A stretch of 32,000 nt of DNA from Ferroglobus placidus DSM 10642 (GTDB lineage: Archaea > Halobacteriota > Archaeoglobi > Archaeoglobales > Archaeoglobaceae), in assembly GCF_000025505.1 (NCBI RefSeq), contig NC_013849.1, positions 690,001 to 722,000 on the forward strand, given 5' to 3'. This document shows positions 1 to 10,040 of the stretch, piece by piece. A program made the position numbers and the translations under genes. How positions within the stretch are numbered: position 1 is the stretch's first letter; each line of letters begins with the position of its first letter. The notes under the pieces were generated by a model. The model was given only the letters and a program-made list of their open reading frames with translations. It did not search any database and was not told the DNA's origin.

Positions 1-1056
1 GTTTATCACCGCAACTATCAGAACTTGCGGACGAACGTTGTTTTTTCCGAGGACGAGCTCGACAGCTTCATAATCAAGCTTGCCCAGCAGTGCGGGAAGC
101 ACATAAGCATAGCTGAGCCTATGCTCGACGCTACTCTTCCGGACGGAAGCAGAATTCAGATGACTCTGGGGAGAGAAGTAACTGACCACGGCTCGACCTT
201 CACGATAAGAAAATTCAGAGACGTTCCTCTTACTCCTATAGACCTAATAGCTTGGAAAACGTTCAGCTTGGAGGAAATGGCTTACCTCTGGCTGTGCATA
301 GAAAACAAAAAGAACTTGATATTCGCAGGAGGAACTGCAAGCGGTAAAACGACGAGCATGAACGCAATAAGCCTATTCATTCCGAAGAACGCTAAAATCG
401 TGAGCATAGAAGATACGAGAGAAGTAATGCTCCCCCACGAAAACTGGATTCCGGCTGTGACGAGAGAAGGTGTCGGAGGGAAAGAGATTGACATGTACGA
501 GCTGCTCAGAGCAGCTCTGAGACAGAGACCGGAGTACATAATAGTCGGAGAAGTCAGAGGTAAGGAAGCTCTAACTCTGTTCCAGGCTATGTCAACCGGA
601 CACACAACTTACTCGACTTTGCATGCGGACAGCGTGAACGGAGTAATTCATCGATTGGAGAACCCGCCGATAAACGTGCCGAGGAGCATGATAGAGGCTC
701 TCGACATAATAAGCATACAAGCTCAAGTTTACCTCGGAAATAAAAGAGTGAGAAGAAATTTGGAAATAGCAGAAATAGTGGGAATGGACCCCCACACAAA
801 GATAATAAAGACTACAACAGTCTTCGCTTGGGACAGCGAAAAAGACGAACACTTAATGATAGGCTCCTCAAAAGTTCTCGAAGAAATAAGAAAAATGAGA
901 GCTTGGAGCAGAAAAGAACTGGAAGAAGAACTCGAAACAAGAAAAAAAGTCCTGAAGTGGATGCTCGATAACAATATCAGAGACTACAAAGAAGTAGCTA
1001 AAATAATTCACTCGTATCAGAGCGATAAGGATAGACTGCTCGAAATGATCTCATGA
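1..1056 (+). CDS. Type II/IV secretion (archaeal pilus/GspE-TadA family) ATPase, 5'-truncated at window edge
   Basis: Walker A GGTASGKTT, SIEDTREVMLPHENW, RPEYIIVGEVRG and STGHTTYSTLHAD motifs. Codons 1-24 are also open in frame (VYHRNYQN), so the gene starts upstream of the window. Confidence 0.92.
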   Translation, partial: VYHRNYQNLRTNVVFSEDELDSFIIKLAQQCGKHISIAEPMLDATLPDGSRIQMTLGREVTDHGSTFTIRKFRDVPLTPIDLIAWKTFSLEEMAYLWLCIENKKNLIFAGGTASGKTTSMNAISLFIPKNAKIVSIEDTREVMLPHENWIPAVTREGVGGKEIDMYELLRAALRQRPEYIIVGEVRGKEALTLFQAMSTGHTTYSTLHADSVNGVIHRLENPPINVPRSMIEALDIISIQAQVYLGNKRVRRNLEIAEIVGMDPHTKIIKTTTVFAWDSEKDEHLMIGSSKVLEEIRKMRAWSRKELEEELETRKKVLKWMLDNNIRDYKEVAKIIHSYQSDKDRLLEMIS

Positions 1057-1679
1057 AAAGGATTAAAGAGACCCTCGAAAAATACCCCGAAATATCGGAA
1101 TTCAGCAGGAAATGCTTGGAAAGCAAGAGATACGACTCGAACGTCGTTTTAATGGTAGTAGACGCGGCTTTAACCTCCTCGGGATTGAATTATTTCGGCG
1201 TGGTCGTTCCGAAGGTTCTGGCTTTCAGCGAGAGGTACAAAGTAAAGAGGCTTGATGAGTTTTTAAAGCTGAAGAAGAGCGACTTGCTTAACTTGTGGAG
1301 AAACGAGAGGTGCTGGAACGTAGCTTTTGGTGTAGCCGAGAAGCTCCTCGAATTTGGGAGAGACGTTAAAGCTCTCAGAAAATGGGCTGAAAGCACGGCT
1401 CTCGAAAACTGGAAGAGTTACATGCCGGTAAAAGGCGTGGGAATAAACACCTACCAGTACCTCAGGATGATGGGCGGAGTAGACACAGTCATGCCGGACA
1501 GAATCGTGAAGAGAGAGGTGAGAATAGAATCGAAAGACGACATAGATTTCATAGTTAAAGCGGAAAAGCTTGCAAAAGAAAAAGGAATTCTCGCAGTAGA
1601 GCTGTGCTTTGCTGCCTGGATCGCCCAGTACGATGAGGAAAGAGCCGAGAGGTATTTGAAGCTACTCAAAAATATTTAA
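1053..1679 (+). CDS. Conserved hypothetical protein with a helix-hairpin-helix/HhH-GPD-like segment
   Basis: 208 aa ORF overlapping the upstream stop by 4 nt; VKGVGINTYQYLRMMGGVDTVMPDRIV resembles the HhH-GPD signature with a conserved Asp. Confidence 0.7.
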   Translation: MKRIKETLEKYPEISEFSRKCLESKRYDSNVVLMVVDAALTSSGLNYFGVVVPKVLAFSERYKVKRLDEFLKLKKSDLLNLWRNERCWNVAFGVAEKLLEFGRDVKALRKWAESTALENWKSYMPVKGVGINTYQYLRMMGGVDTVMPDRIVKREVRIESKDDIDFIVKAEKLAKEKGILAVELCFAAWIAQYDEERAERYLKLLKNI

Positions 1680-1703
1680 ATATTACAGCTCGAATTTTTA
1701 GCG

Positions 1704-2486
1704 GTGAAATGCGATATCTGCGGAAAGGAAGAGGTTCTCCCGTATAGATGCAGCTACTGCGGAGGAACGTTCTGCTCAGATCACAGGCTTCCGGAAAAAC
1801 ACTTCTGCGAAGGGATTTACGACATTCCGGTGAAGGTTAAAAAGGACTGGGAGATTGGTAGGAAAGAAGAGAAGGAAGTTTTAATTCAAAAGCCGAAAAT
1901 TTCGCTTTCCCAGTACGGATACAACAACATCTTTCTCGGGATAATCACTTTAATGTTCTTTCTCTCCCTCGTATTTCCACAGATAATGAATTTTCTCGCT
2001 TTGTATCCGAATAAGTTCTACTTCATGCCCTGGCAGCTCGTTACGAGCATTTTCCTACACGGAAGTTTCGACCACTATCTTGTTAACGCGATAGTCCTTC
2101 TCTTCTTCGGAGGGGAGCTCGAAAGGAGACTCGGATCGAAGAGATACTTGGAGATATTCTTCCTTTCCGGAATCGTAGGAAACATCTTCTACATCCTCTT
2201 CTCCTTCGCAACGAACAACTTCGCTCCGGCAGTTGGAGCTTCTGGAGCCCTTTACGGGATCATGGGTGCTCTGGCTTTAATTGCTCCGGAAATAAGAGTT
2301 CTCCTCTTCTTCGTGATTCCCGTTGACATAAAAACAGCCATACTGCTGTTCGCAGCTTACAACATCCTGATGCTTCCGTTCACAGCCTTTACCGGAGTGG
2401 CTTACATAGCTCACTTGGGAGGGTTGCTCGTAGGACTTTACTACGGTAAAAAGTACTCGATTTACAGGAGGTTCAGACTGCTATGA
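1704..2486 (+). CDS. Rhomboid-family intramembrane serine protease with N-terminal AN1-type zinc finger
   Basis: N-terminal CDICGKEEVLPYRCSYCGGTFCSDHRLPEKHFC; rhomboid GASGALYG active-site motif and several hydrophobic helices; GTG start. Confidence 0.9.
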   Translation: MKCDICGKEEVLPYRCSYCGGTFCSDHRLPEKHFCEGIYDIPVKVKKDWEIGRKEEKEVLIQKPKISLSQYGYNNIFLGIITLMFFLSLVFPQIMNFLALYPNKFYFMPWQLVTSIFLHGSFDHYLVNAIVLLFFGGELERRLGSKRYLEIFFLSGIVGNIFYILFSFATNNFAPAVGASGALYGIMGALALIAPEIRVLLFFVIPVDIKTAILLFAAYNILMLPFTAFTGVAYIAHLGGLLVGLYYGKKYSIYRRFRLL

Positions 2487-3400
2487 AGGCTTGGTGGGAA
2501 AAGGAGAGACTCGAAGACGAGATAGTGGACTGTAGAACGATAATTCTTTCCACTGCAGGCTGCAAGTGGAGAAGATGTAAGATGTGCAGTTACTACTTGG
2601 AAGCGAATCCTAAAGCGAATTCGGAGACTATTCTTAATGAATTCAGAGAGGCTTATGAGAAAGCGGACGTCGTTAAGATATTTACCTCCGGCAGCTTTTT
2701 TGACGATAGAGAAGTAGATAAAGAAGTAAGAAGAAAAATCTACGAGTTCCTCGAAAAAGAAGGCGTGAAAAAGCTCGTTGTTGAAAGCAGACCGGAGTTT
2801 ATTACGGAAGAAGTCGTTAAAGAAATTCAAGAGGCTAAGATTGCTATAGAAGTTGGAATAGGCGTTGAAACGAGCAACGACTGGATTAGAGAGAAGATAA
2901 TAAACAAAGGATTTACCTTTCAGGAATTTAAGAGAGCAGCTTCCATGCTTAGAGAGGCTGGAAGCAGGGTGAAAGCATACCTCCTCCTGAAACCGCCGCT
3001 TTTAAGCGAGGAGGAAGCAATTAAGGATGCGATACAATCCGTGAAAGATGTAGAAAGCTACGTGGACGTGATTTCTTTAAACCTCATGACGGTACACAAA
3101 AACACTTTAGTAGAGAAGCTTTGGAGCAAAAAACTCTACCGACCTCCTTGGTTGTGGAGCGCTGTAGAAGTGTTGAAGAAAAGCAAAATAGAGACGATAT
3201 GCGATCCGGTTGCCGGAGGAAAAAGCAGAGGACCGCACAACTGCTACGACTGCGATCCCGAATTCGTTGAAGCGATAAAAAGTTTCTCTCTCACCCAGGA
3301 CAAATCATATCTTGAAGAAGTTGAGTGCGACTGCGAGGAGCTTTGGGAAGTGAGCCTGAAAGGAGAGAGCTTGGCGAGATTGCCAGTGTTCGTGTTCTAA
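2483..3400 (+). CDS. raSEA: Archaeosine biosynthesis radical SAM protein RaSEA
   Basis: Radical SAM-type cysteine motif CKWRRCKMCSYY near the N-terminus; overall sequence pattern of the Elp3-like RaSEA family. Confidence 0.85.
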   Translation: MKAWWEKERLEDEIVDCRTIILSTAGCKWRRCKMCSYYLEANPKANSETILNEFREAYEKADVVKIFTSGSFFDDREVDKEVRRKIYEFLEKEGVKKLVVESRPEFITEEVVKEIQEAKIAIEVGIGVETSNDWIREKIINKGFTFQEFKRAASMLREAGSRVKAYLLLKPPLLSEEEAIKDAIQSVKDVESYVDVISLNLMTVHKNTLVEKLWSKKLYRPPWLWSAVEVLKKSKIETICDPVAGGKSRGPHNCYDCDPEFVEAIKSFSLTQDKSYLEEVECDCEELWEVSLKGESLARLPVFVF

Positions 3401-3444
3401 TCCGACAACTTTTTTAAATTTTCGAAACCTCATAAGTAGAATTA

Positions 3445-6400
3445 ATGATTCCCGTCAAATACGCGAATCTTTGCTCCGTATGCCACAAAGACGTAACATG
3501 GGAGGAGCTTGAAAAGAGTTACTGCAGATTCAAAAAGCTTCCTCAATGCTCCTCGTTCCTCGACAAGATCTATAAGGAGTTCGAAGAGTTTTTCAAAAAA
3601 ATTATTGGGGAGCCGAGGTCCATACAGAAATTCTGGGCGAAAAGAGTACTTAGCTTTGAGAGTTTCGCAGCTGTAGCTCCGACTGGAATAGGAAAAACAT
3701 CCTTCGGCAGCGCCATGGCTTTATTCCTCGCGTTAAAGAAGAGAAAGAGTTACATAATCCTGCCTACAACTCTTTTGGTCGCGCAGGTCGTCGAAAATTT
3801 GAAAAAATACTGCGAAAAAGCCGGAATTGACTGCGGTTTGAACGAGGAGAAAGAAGTTACTATAGCTTACTATCACGGGAAGCTGAAAGAGAAGGATAAG
3901 TTCTTCGAAATTCTTGAAAAGAACTCCTTCGACATTCTCGTCACCACAACTCAATTCCTCCCGAGGTATTTCGAAAAGCTAAACGGAAAAATTTTCAACT
4001 TCATCTTCGTGGATGACGTTGATGCGGTTTTAAAAGCTTCGAGAAACGTTGACAGAATTCTGAAACTTCTCGGCTTCAGATACAAAAATGGGAAATGGGA
4101 AGGAAAGCCGAAGGGAGTTTTAATGGTATCCACGGCAACGGCTAAGAAGGGGCAAAAGGTGAAGCTGTTCAGAGAACTCCTCAACTTCGACGTCGGAACA
4201 TCTACGCATGCCGTGAGAAACATAGATGACGTTTACGTCGAAAGAGCTGACGTTGAGGCGGTAAAAGAGATACTGAGAAAGATGGGAAGTGGAGGATTAA
4301 TATACGCGAGAAGTAGCGAGGAGGCTGAAGAGCTCTACAACTCGCTAAAGGATGAGTTCAAAGTTGGATTGGTCACAGCCCAAAGAAAGAAGGACTTCGT
4401 TCTCTTCGAGAGAGGCGAAATAGACTATTTAATAGGGACTGCTTATTACTACGGAACTCTCGTCAGAGGTCTCGATCTCCCCGAAAGGATTAGGTTTGCG
4501 GTGTTCTTCAAAGCTCCGGTGTTCAGAGTTAGAATAGAGGACATAGACACGATCTCTCCGGGAATGGTGAGGGTAATTGCTCTAATATTCAAGGAGGACG
4601 AGAGGGTAAAGAAGTTTATTCCCTACCTTCCCAAAATAACGGAGGGCACGAAGGAATTTGAAGAGCTTAAAAGCATTTTAAAGAAAGTTATAGCCGAGAG
4701 GAAGAAGGAAGTTAAGGACTTCGTTCTCAGAGAGGGAGAGGTAATATTTCCGGACGTGAGAACTTACATCCAAGGCTCCGGAAGGACTTCGAGGCTTTTT
4801 GCCGGGGGAATAACGAAAGGAGCTAGTTTCCTCCTTGAAGATGACGAGGACGTTCTCAAAGCTTTCGTAGAGAGAGCGAGATACTTCGACATAGAATTCA
4901 AGAAAATAGACGAAGTCGACTTCGAAAGCCTGATAAGAGAGATAAACGAGAGCAGAGAAAAGTTCAGGAGGAGAGCAGAGTTCAAAGACGTTATAAAGCC
5001 GACTCTGTTCATAGTCGAAAGTCCGACCAAAGCGAGGCAAATTTCGAGATTTTTCGGACAGCCGAGCGTTAAAGTTATTGGAGATGAAAACGACGTTCAC
5101 GTCGTAGCCTACGAAGTTCCAACGCCGGAGAGAATCCTTATAGTCACCGCAAGCCTCGGACACGTTACAGATTTAATAACGAACAGAGCATTCCACGGTG
5201 TTGAAGTTAACGGAATTTTCGTCCCGATTTACGCTTCGATAAAGAGGTGCAGAGACTGCGGCTATCAGTTTACGGAGGAGAGGGAAAACTGCCCGAAGTG
5301 CGAAAGCTCCAACATCGACGACTCGAAGAAGAGAATAGAAGCTTTGAGAAGGCTTGCGAAAGAGACGGGAGAGGTAATAATAGGCACGGATCCGGATTCA
5401 GAAGGAGAGAAAATCGCCTGGGACATAAAGAACCTGCTCTCCGGCTGTGCTACGATAAAAAGAGCAGAATTTCACGAAGTTACGAGAAGAGCCGTAACCG
5501 AAGCTTTAGCAAATCTTAGAGACGTCGACGAAAATCTCGTGAAAGCTCAGATAGTCAGGAGAGTCGAGGACAGGTGGATAGGGTTCATTCTGAGTCAAAA
5601 GCTGTGGGAGGTTTTCAAGAACAGAAACTTATCAGCGGGAAGAGCTCAAACTCCCGTTTTAGGATGGATAATCCAGAGAGCCGAGGAGAACAAGAAAAAG
5701 AAGACGGTAGCTTTTGTAAAAGAACTCGGACTAAGCTTGGAGGGAATAGCGAAGAAAGAGCTTGAACTTGAAATAGAGCTGATAGAGAAAAAAGAAGAAG
5801 AAAGAACACCGCTTCCCCCTTACACGACCGATTCCATGCTCAGAGACGCTAATGCAATACTGAAAATGAGCGCAAAGGATGCGATGCAAATAGCTCAGGA
5901 ATTGTTTGAGCACGGTCTCATAACTTACCACAGAACAGATTCAACGAGAGTGAGCGAAGTTGGGCTGAGAATAGCCAAGGAGTACCTCGGAGAATATTTT
6001 ACTCCGAGAGAGTGGTTTGCCGAAGGTGCGCACGAGTGTATTAGACCGACGAGAGCCATTGATAGAGACACCCTCCAGAGACTGATAAGCGAGGGAATTA
6101 TCGTGGTGGAAAACTTTACGTGGAGGCACTTCGCCCTGTACGATTTAATCTTCAGAAGGTTCATGGCAAGCCAGTGCAAACCTTACAAGGTTGTGGTTGC
6201 CAAATACAGAATTAAAGCCGACGGTAAGGAGTTCGAGGAGGAGAGAATCATCAAAGCTGAGGGAAGGGCTTACGAACTTTACAAGTCAGTTTGGGTTAGA
6301 AACGAGCTGCCAACCGGAAAGATAAAGGTTGAAGCTGAGATAAGGAGAGTTCCAGCTGCTCCTCTGTACACTCAATCAGACGTCGTTGCTTTGATGAAAG

Positions 6401-6663
6401 AAAGAAGAATAGGACGTCCCTCAACTTATGCGACGATAGTGGACAAGCTCTTTCAGAGGAACTACATAATAGAGAAGGGAGGAAAGCTCGTTCCCACAAA
6501 GCTCGGTTACTCAGTCTATGAGTACCTGATTAACAACTACAGATCCTTCGTTTCGGAAGAGAGAACGAGGTTGCTCGAGGAGATGATGGACAAAGTCGAG
6601 AGAGGAGAAGCCGACTACTTCGAAACTTTAAAAGAAATGTATAACGAGGTAAAGCAAATTTAG
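3445..6663 (+). CDS. rgy: Reverse gyrase
   Basis: 1072 aa; N-terminal Zn finger CSVCHK..., helicase Walker A APTGIGKTS, VDDVDA, topoisomerase domain FIVESPTKARQ, second Zn finger CRDCGYQ...CPKC, catalytic YHRTDSTRVS. Confidence 0.98.
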   Translation: MIPVKYANLCSVCHKDVTWEELEKSYCRFKKLPQCSSFLDKIYKEFEEFFKKIIGEPRSIQKFWAKRVLSFESFAAVAPTGIGKTSFGSAMALFLALKKRKSYIILPTTLLVAQVVENLKKYCEKAGIDCGLNEEKEVTIAYYHGKLKEKDKFFEILEKNSFDILVTTTQFLPRYFEKLNGKIFNFIFVDDVDAVLKASRNVDRILKLLGFRYKNGKWEGKPKGVLMVSTATAKKGQKVKLFRELLNFDVGTSTHAVRNIDDVYVERADVEAVKEILRKMGSGGLIYARSSEEAEELYNSLKDEFKVGLVTAQRKKDFVLFERGEIDYLIGTAYYYGTLVRGLDLPERIRFAVFFKAPVFRVRIEDIDTISPGMVRVIALIFKEDERVKKFIPYLPKITEGTKEFEELKSILKKVIAERKKEVKDFVLREGEVIFPDVRTYIQGSGRTSRLFAGGITKGASFLLEDDEDVLKAFVERARYFDIEFKKIDEVDFESLIREINESREKFRRRAEFKDVIKPTLFIVESPTKARQISRFFGQPSVKVIGDENDVHVVAYEVPTPERILIVTASLGHVTDLITNRAFHGVEVNGIFVPIYASIKRCRDCGYQFTEERENCPKCESSNIDDSKKRIEALRRLAKETGEVIIGTDPDSEGEKIAWDIKNLLSGCATIKRAEFHEVTRRAVTEALANLRDVDENLVKAQIVRRVEDRWIGFILSQKLWEVFKNRNLSAGRAQTPVLGWIIQRAEENKKKKTVAFVKELGLSLEGIAKKELELEIELIEKKEEERTPLPPYTTDSMLRDANAILKMSAKDAMQIAQELFEHGLITYHRTDSTRVSEVGLRIAKEYLGEYFTPREWFAEGAHECIRPTRAIDRDTLQRLISEGIIVVENFTWRHFALYDLIFRRFMASQCKPYKVVVAKYRIKADGKEFEEERIIKAEGRAYELYKSVWVRNELPTGKIKVEAEIRRVPAAPLYTQSDVVALMKERRIGRPSTYATIVDKLFQRNYIIEKGGKLVPTKLGYSVYEYLINNYRSFVSEERTRLLEEMMDKVERGEADYFETLKEMYNEVKQI

Positions 6664-8624
6664 TCGATGAAGAAAACTCCTGAAGCGTTTTTATCTATTT
6701 TTTCCGCTATTTTCTTCACGACTTCCACGTTCGAAGCTATCCCGCTAATCTCCTTCTTTATCACTGCATCGGCAATAGCTCTCTTGAAGACTTTGCCAGC
6801 CGTCTTCGGAAGTTCCTTAACGAAAACGATGAGTCTTGGAAGAGCGATCCTTCCTATATCTTCTTCTATCTTCTTCTTAATTTTCTCAGCCAAATCATCG
6901 CTTTTTTCGGCAACGACGAAGAGTGCTATGGCTGTTCCTTTAATTCTGTCCGGCACACCAATAGCGGCGCAATCAGCCACCTCCCTCAGTTCCTTAACGA
7001 CCTTCTCTATTTCAACGAGAGAAACTCTGTGACCGCTTATGTTTATAACGTCGTCAGCTCTTCCAGAGATCCATATGTACCCGTCTTCGTCGTAGTAAGC
7101 GTAGTCTCCCGTTAAGTATACTCTCTTACCGAACTTAGACCAGTAAAGCTGCACGTAGGCTTTAGGGTCTCCGTGAATTCCGAGCATGAATCCGGGGAAC
7201 ATTTTCTTTATAACCAGATGTCCGAGCTGATAGGGCTTGGCTTTTTTCCCTCCGCTGTCGTATATGTCCACCTCTATCCCCGGCAAGGGTTTCGAAACTG
7301 AGCCGGGTTTCATGGGTGTTAAGGCTGGAATTGGAGCGATGACTATCCCTCCAGTTTCCGTCTGCCACCAAGTGTCAACTACGGGACATTTCTTTTTCCC
7401 GACTTCCTCGTAAAGCCAGAGCCAGTTTTCAGCTTCGAGGGGCTCTCCGACGCTACCTATCAACCTTAGAGTCGATAAGTCGAAGCTATCTATGTTCCCA
7501 CATCCCTGAAGCATTCTCACAAGAGTTGGAACTGTGTAAAAGACAGTAACTCCATACTTCTCTATCAACTCGAAGGTTCTGCATATGTCTGGATAGTCAG
7601 GAGCTCCTTCGTAGAGGAGAACCGTGGCACCTAAAGAAAGAGGTCCGTAAACCGAGTAGCTGTGCCCGGTGATCCAGCCGAGGTCGGCTGTGCAGAAAAG
7701 AACGTCTTCATCTTTCAGGTCGAGAACTATTTTGCTCGTCGCGTAGACGTGAACGAGGTATCCGCCAGTGGAGTGGATAATTCCCTTAGGCTCAGCAACG
7801 CTCCCAGAAGTGTAGATTATGAAGAGCGGATCGTTAGCATCTGTTATCTCGCATTCCGACTTAGCTTTCTCCTTTCTTACGAGCTCAGCATAGTCGTGAT
7901 CTCTTCCTTCTTTCATATCGATTTCGTTTCCCGCTCTCCTAACGACTACGACGTTCTCTACGCCTTTGTACTCTTCGAGAGCCTCGTCGGCTTTCTCTTT
8001 TAAGTTTATCAAATTTCCCCTTCTGTAGTATCCGTCAGCGGTTATGAGAAGCTTAACTCCTGAATCTTTCATTCTGAAAGCTGCAGATTTCGGAGAAAAT
8101 CCTGCGAATATGAAAACGTGAGTTGCCCCTATTCTCGCGGCAGCGAGCATGGAGATTACCGCTTCCGGTAAATTCGGCATGTATATTCCAACTTTGTCTC
8201 CCTTCTTTACACCAAGATTTCTCAAAGCGTTGGATAGCTTTCCTACTTCTCTGTACAAATCGAAGTACGTCAGAACTCTGTTTTCCCCCTTTTCCCCCTC
8301 CCAGATTATAGCAGCTTTGTTCCTCTTCTCTTTTAAGTGCCTGTCAACGCAGTTGTAGCTTGCGTTTATTTTTCCGTTGACGAAAAATCTGTAGTAGGGA
8401 GCCTTCGAGTCGTCGAAAAACTTCTCCCAAGGTTCAAACCAGTGCAATTCTTTGGCAAAGCTTTCCCAGTAATCTATCCAGTTCTCCTTAGCTTTCGAGT
8501 AGATAGCCGGATCTTTAACGTTCGCTTTCTCGACAAAATCTTCCGGAGGGTATATGCTCTTCATTATAGAGGAAGTTAATCTTTTAGCGTATTTAGAGTT
8601 AACGAATTTTGCCTGAGTTTTCAA
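6660..8624 (-). CDS. acs: Acetyl-CoA synthetase (AMP-forming)
   Basis: 654 aa; YTSGSVAEPKGI, DTWWQTETGG, TGDYAYYDEDGYIWISGRADDVINISGHR; N-terminal ACS domain (WIDYWESFA, NCVDRHL). Confidence 0.95.
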   Translation of the reverse strand: MKTQAKFVNSKYAKRLTSSIMKSIYPPEDFVEKANVKDPAIYSKAKENWIDYWESFAKELHWFEPWEKFFDDSKAPYYRFFVNGKINASYNCVDRHLKEKRNKAAIIWEGEKGENRVLTYFDLYREVGKLSNALRNLGVKKGDKVGIYMPNLPEAVISMLAAARIGATHVFIFAGFSPKSAAFRMKDSGVKLLITADGYYRRGNLINLKEKADEALEEYKGVENVVVVRRAGNEIDMKEGRDHDYAELVRKEKAKSECEITDANDPLFIIYTSGSVAEPKGIIHSTGGYLVHVYATSKIVLDLKDEDVLFCTADLGWITGHSYSVYGPLSLGATVLLYEGAPDYPDICRTFELIEKYGVTVFYTVPTLVRMLQGCGNIDSFDLSTLRLIGSVGEPLEAENWLWLYEEVGKKKCPVVDTWWQTETGGIVIAPIPALTPMKPGSVSKPLPGIEVDIYDSGGKKAKPYQLGHLVIKKMFPGFMLGIHGDPKAYVQLYWSKFGKRVYLTGDYAYYDEDGYIWISGRADDVINISGHRVSLVEIEKVVKELREVADCAAIGVPDRIKGTAIALFVVAEKSDDLAEKIKKKIEEDIGRIALPRLIVFVKELPKTAGKVFKRAIADAVIKKEISGIASNVEVVKKIAEKIDKNASGVFFID

Positions 8625-8775
8625 AACTCTACTGATCTTTCCCAGAATCGCTACGTGAAACGTTATGAAACTTTTTGAAGCGTTCTAAAGCCTTTTATCG
8701 CTTATCTCCATTTCGTTTTATCCCCCAACATCTATTGCCCTTCAGTTCTTACTTTCAAATCAGAGGTGATGTGAG

Positions 8776-9198
8776 ATGAAAAGAAGTTTGGTGTTTAGCA
8801 TATTGCTCGGGCTGGTGGCTCTGACAGCCTACGCATCAGCCCACGGATTTGGCATGATGGGGTACGGTATGGGTATGGGAGGTATGTACGGAGAGGATAT
8901 GATGAACTACTATAACACAGACGAAGCACAGACGGAAGTGAGCGGGAAAGTTGCGGCTGTGTACCCAATGGCAATAGTACTTGAAGATGGCAAGTACATC
9001 AGAGTTCCCTGGTGGGTTGCCGCAAATCTAGGCTTAAAGCCGGGAGATGTAGTGAAGGTCGAAGGAGTAAGCTACGGAAACGTGATAGTCCCAACGTACA
9101 TAGAAGCGAACGGTAAAACGTTCCAAAGTCCAGTTTACTACCAGAATCCGGGATACGGTTACTACTCCGGCTACCACTGCCCCATGATGGGGTGGTGA
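8776..9198 (+). CDS. Exported Met/Gly-rich small protein, unknown function
   Basis: Signal peptide MKRSLVFSILLGLVALTAYASA, GFGMMGYGMGMGGMYG repeats, C-terminal HCPMMGW; RBS-like aggtgatg upstream. Confidence 0.85.
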   Translation: MKRSLVFSILLGLVALTAYASAHGFGMMGYGMGMGGMYGEDMMNYYNTDEAQTEVSGKVAAVYPMAIVLEDGKYIRVPWWVAANLGLKPGDVVKVEGVSYGNVIVPTYIEANGKTFQSPVYYQNPGYGYYSGYHCPMMGW

Positions 9199-9231
9199 TA
9201 CGATCTTCCCCAATTTTTTGGAGGTTGTGAC

Positions 9232-9480
9232 ATGATGGGATACGGTATGATGGGAGGCATGATGGGGAACAACTTCGGAGGATGGTACTTCGGCAGCTTC
9301 GTCTGGCAGATACTCTGGCTCGCGATAATAGTGGCTGTGATCTACATTCTAATGAACTCACTGAGCTCTGGAAAGAAGAGCGAAGATATGTCCCTTCAAA
9401 TCTTGAAAGAGAGGCTCGCGAGAGGAGAGATCAGCCAGGAAGAATACATCAAGTTGAAAGACGCTCTATCGAGAAGTTAA
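9232..9480 (+). CDS. Small membrane protein with C-terminal SHOCT domain
   Basis: MMGYGMMGGMMG N-terminus, one TM helix, C-terminal LKERLARGEISQEEYIKLKDAL (SHOCT); ggaggt upstream. Confidence 0.85.
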   Translation: MMGYGMMGGMMGNNFGGWYFGSFVWQILWLAIIVAVIYILMNSLSSGKKSEDMSLQILKERLARGEISQEEYIKLKDALSRS

Positions 9481-9496
9481 AGCTGTCGCAACCTTT

Positions 9497-9515
9497 TTAT
9501 ACATTTATTGTAAAA
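9497..9515. promoter_or_regulatory. Dyad operator-like site A: TTATACAT-TTA-TTGTAAAA
   Basis: Overlaps TATA (tttttata) and lies 8-26 nt before the 9523 GTG start. Confidence 0.55.
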
Positions 9516-9522
9516 TAAGTTC

Positions 9523-10002
9523 GTGAAAGAGAAGAGACCTCTACCAATCTTTGCGATGGCTCTCGTACTCTTCGGGGTAGCTGCGATCTTCTTTGGTGTC
9601 AACGAATACGAGGAGTATCCGATAAAATTCTACAGCCTCGAAGAGGGGTTTAAAGTTGCGAAAATGGAAAACAAGCTCGTTTTGGTTTACATCCACTCCG
9701 ATACCTGCTACGTCTGCAGAGCATTCCTTGAGGATCTATCGAAGTACGAAGATTTGCAAAAAACCTTTGAAAAGTTCGTTGTTGTCAAAGTGGACTTTCT
9801 AACTGAGAGGGCTTTAGCAGTGAAGTTCGGCGCTACTGGCACTCCCGAATTCCACGTCTTCTACCCCAACGGCACGCCGATGAAAATAAATGGGGTGAGA
9901 GCAGTTTATATCGGATACGCCGGCTCTCCGGACGATGAAAAAGCGAGAAAGTCCTTAATATCTTTTCTTGAGACCGCTTTAGAAAGCTACGACAGAAGAT
10001 GA
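9523..10002 (+). CDS. Membrane-anchored thioredoxin-fold protein (CxxC = CYVC)
   Basis: N-terminal anchor followed by LVYIHSDTCYVCRAFLEDLSK and GTPEFHVFYPNG (cis-Pro loop). GTG start, apparently leaderless. Confidence 0.88.
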   Translation: MKEKRPLPIFAMALVLFGVAAIFFGVNEYEEYPIKFYSLEEGFKVAKMENKLVLVYIHSDTCYVCRAFLEDLSKYEDLQKTFEKFVVVKVDFLTERALAVKFGATGTPEFHVFYPNGTPMKINGVRAVYIGYAGSPDDEKARKSLISFLETALESYDRR

Positions 10003-10013
10003 TCGAAACATTA

Positions 10014-10032
10014 TTATACACCTAACGTAAAA
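10014..10032. promoter_or_regulatory. Dyad operator-like site B: TTATACAC-CTA-ACGTAAAA
   Basis: Upstream of the 10041 micro-ORF and 10138 rhodanese; overlaps attattata. Confidence 0.55.
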
Positions 10033-10040
10033 TAAGGAGT

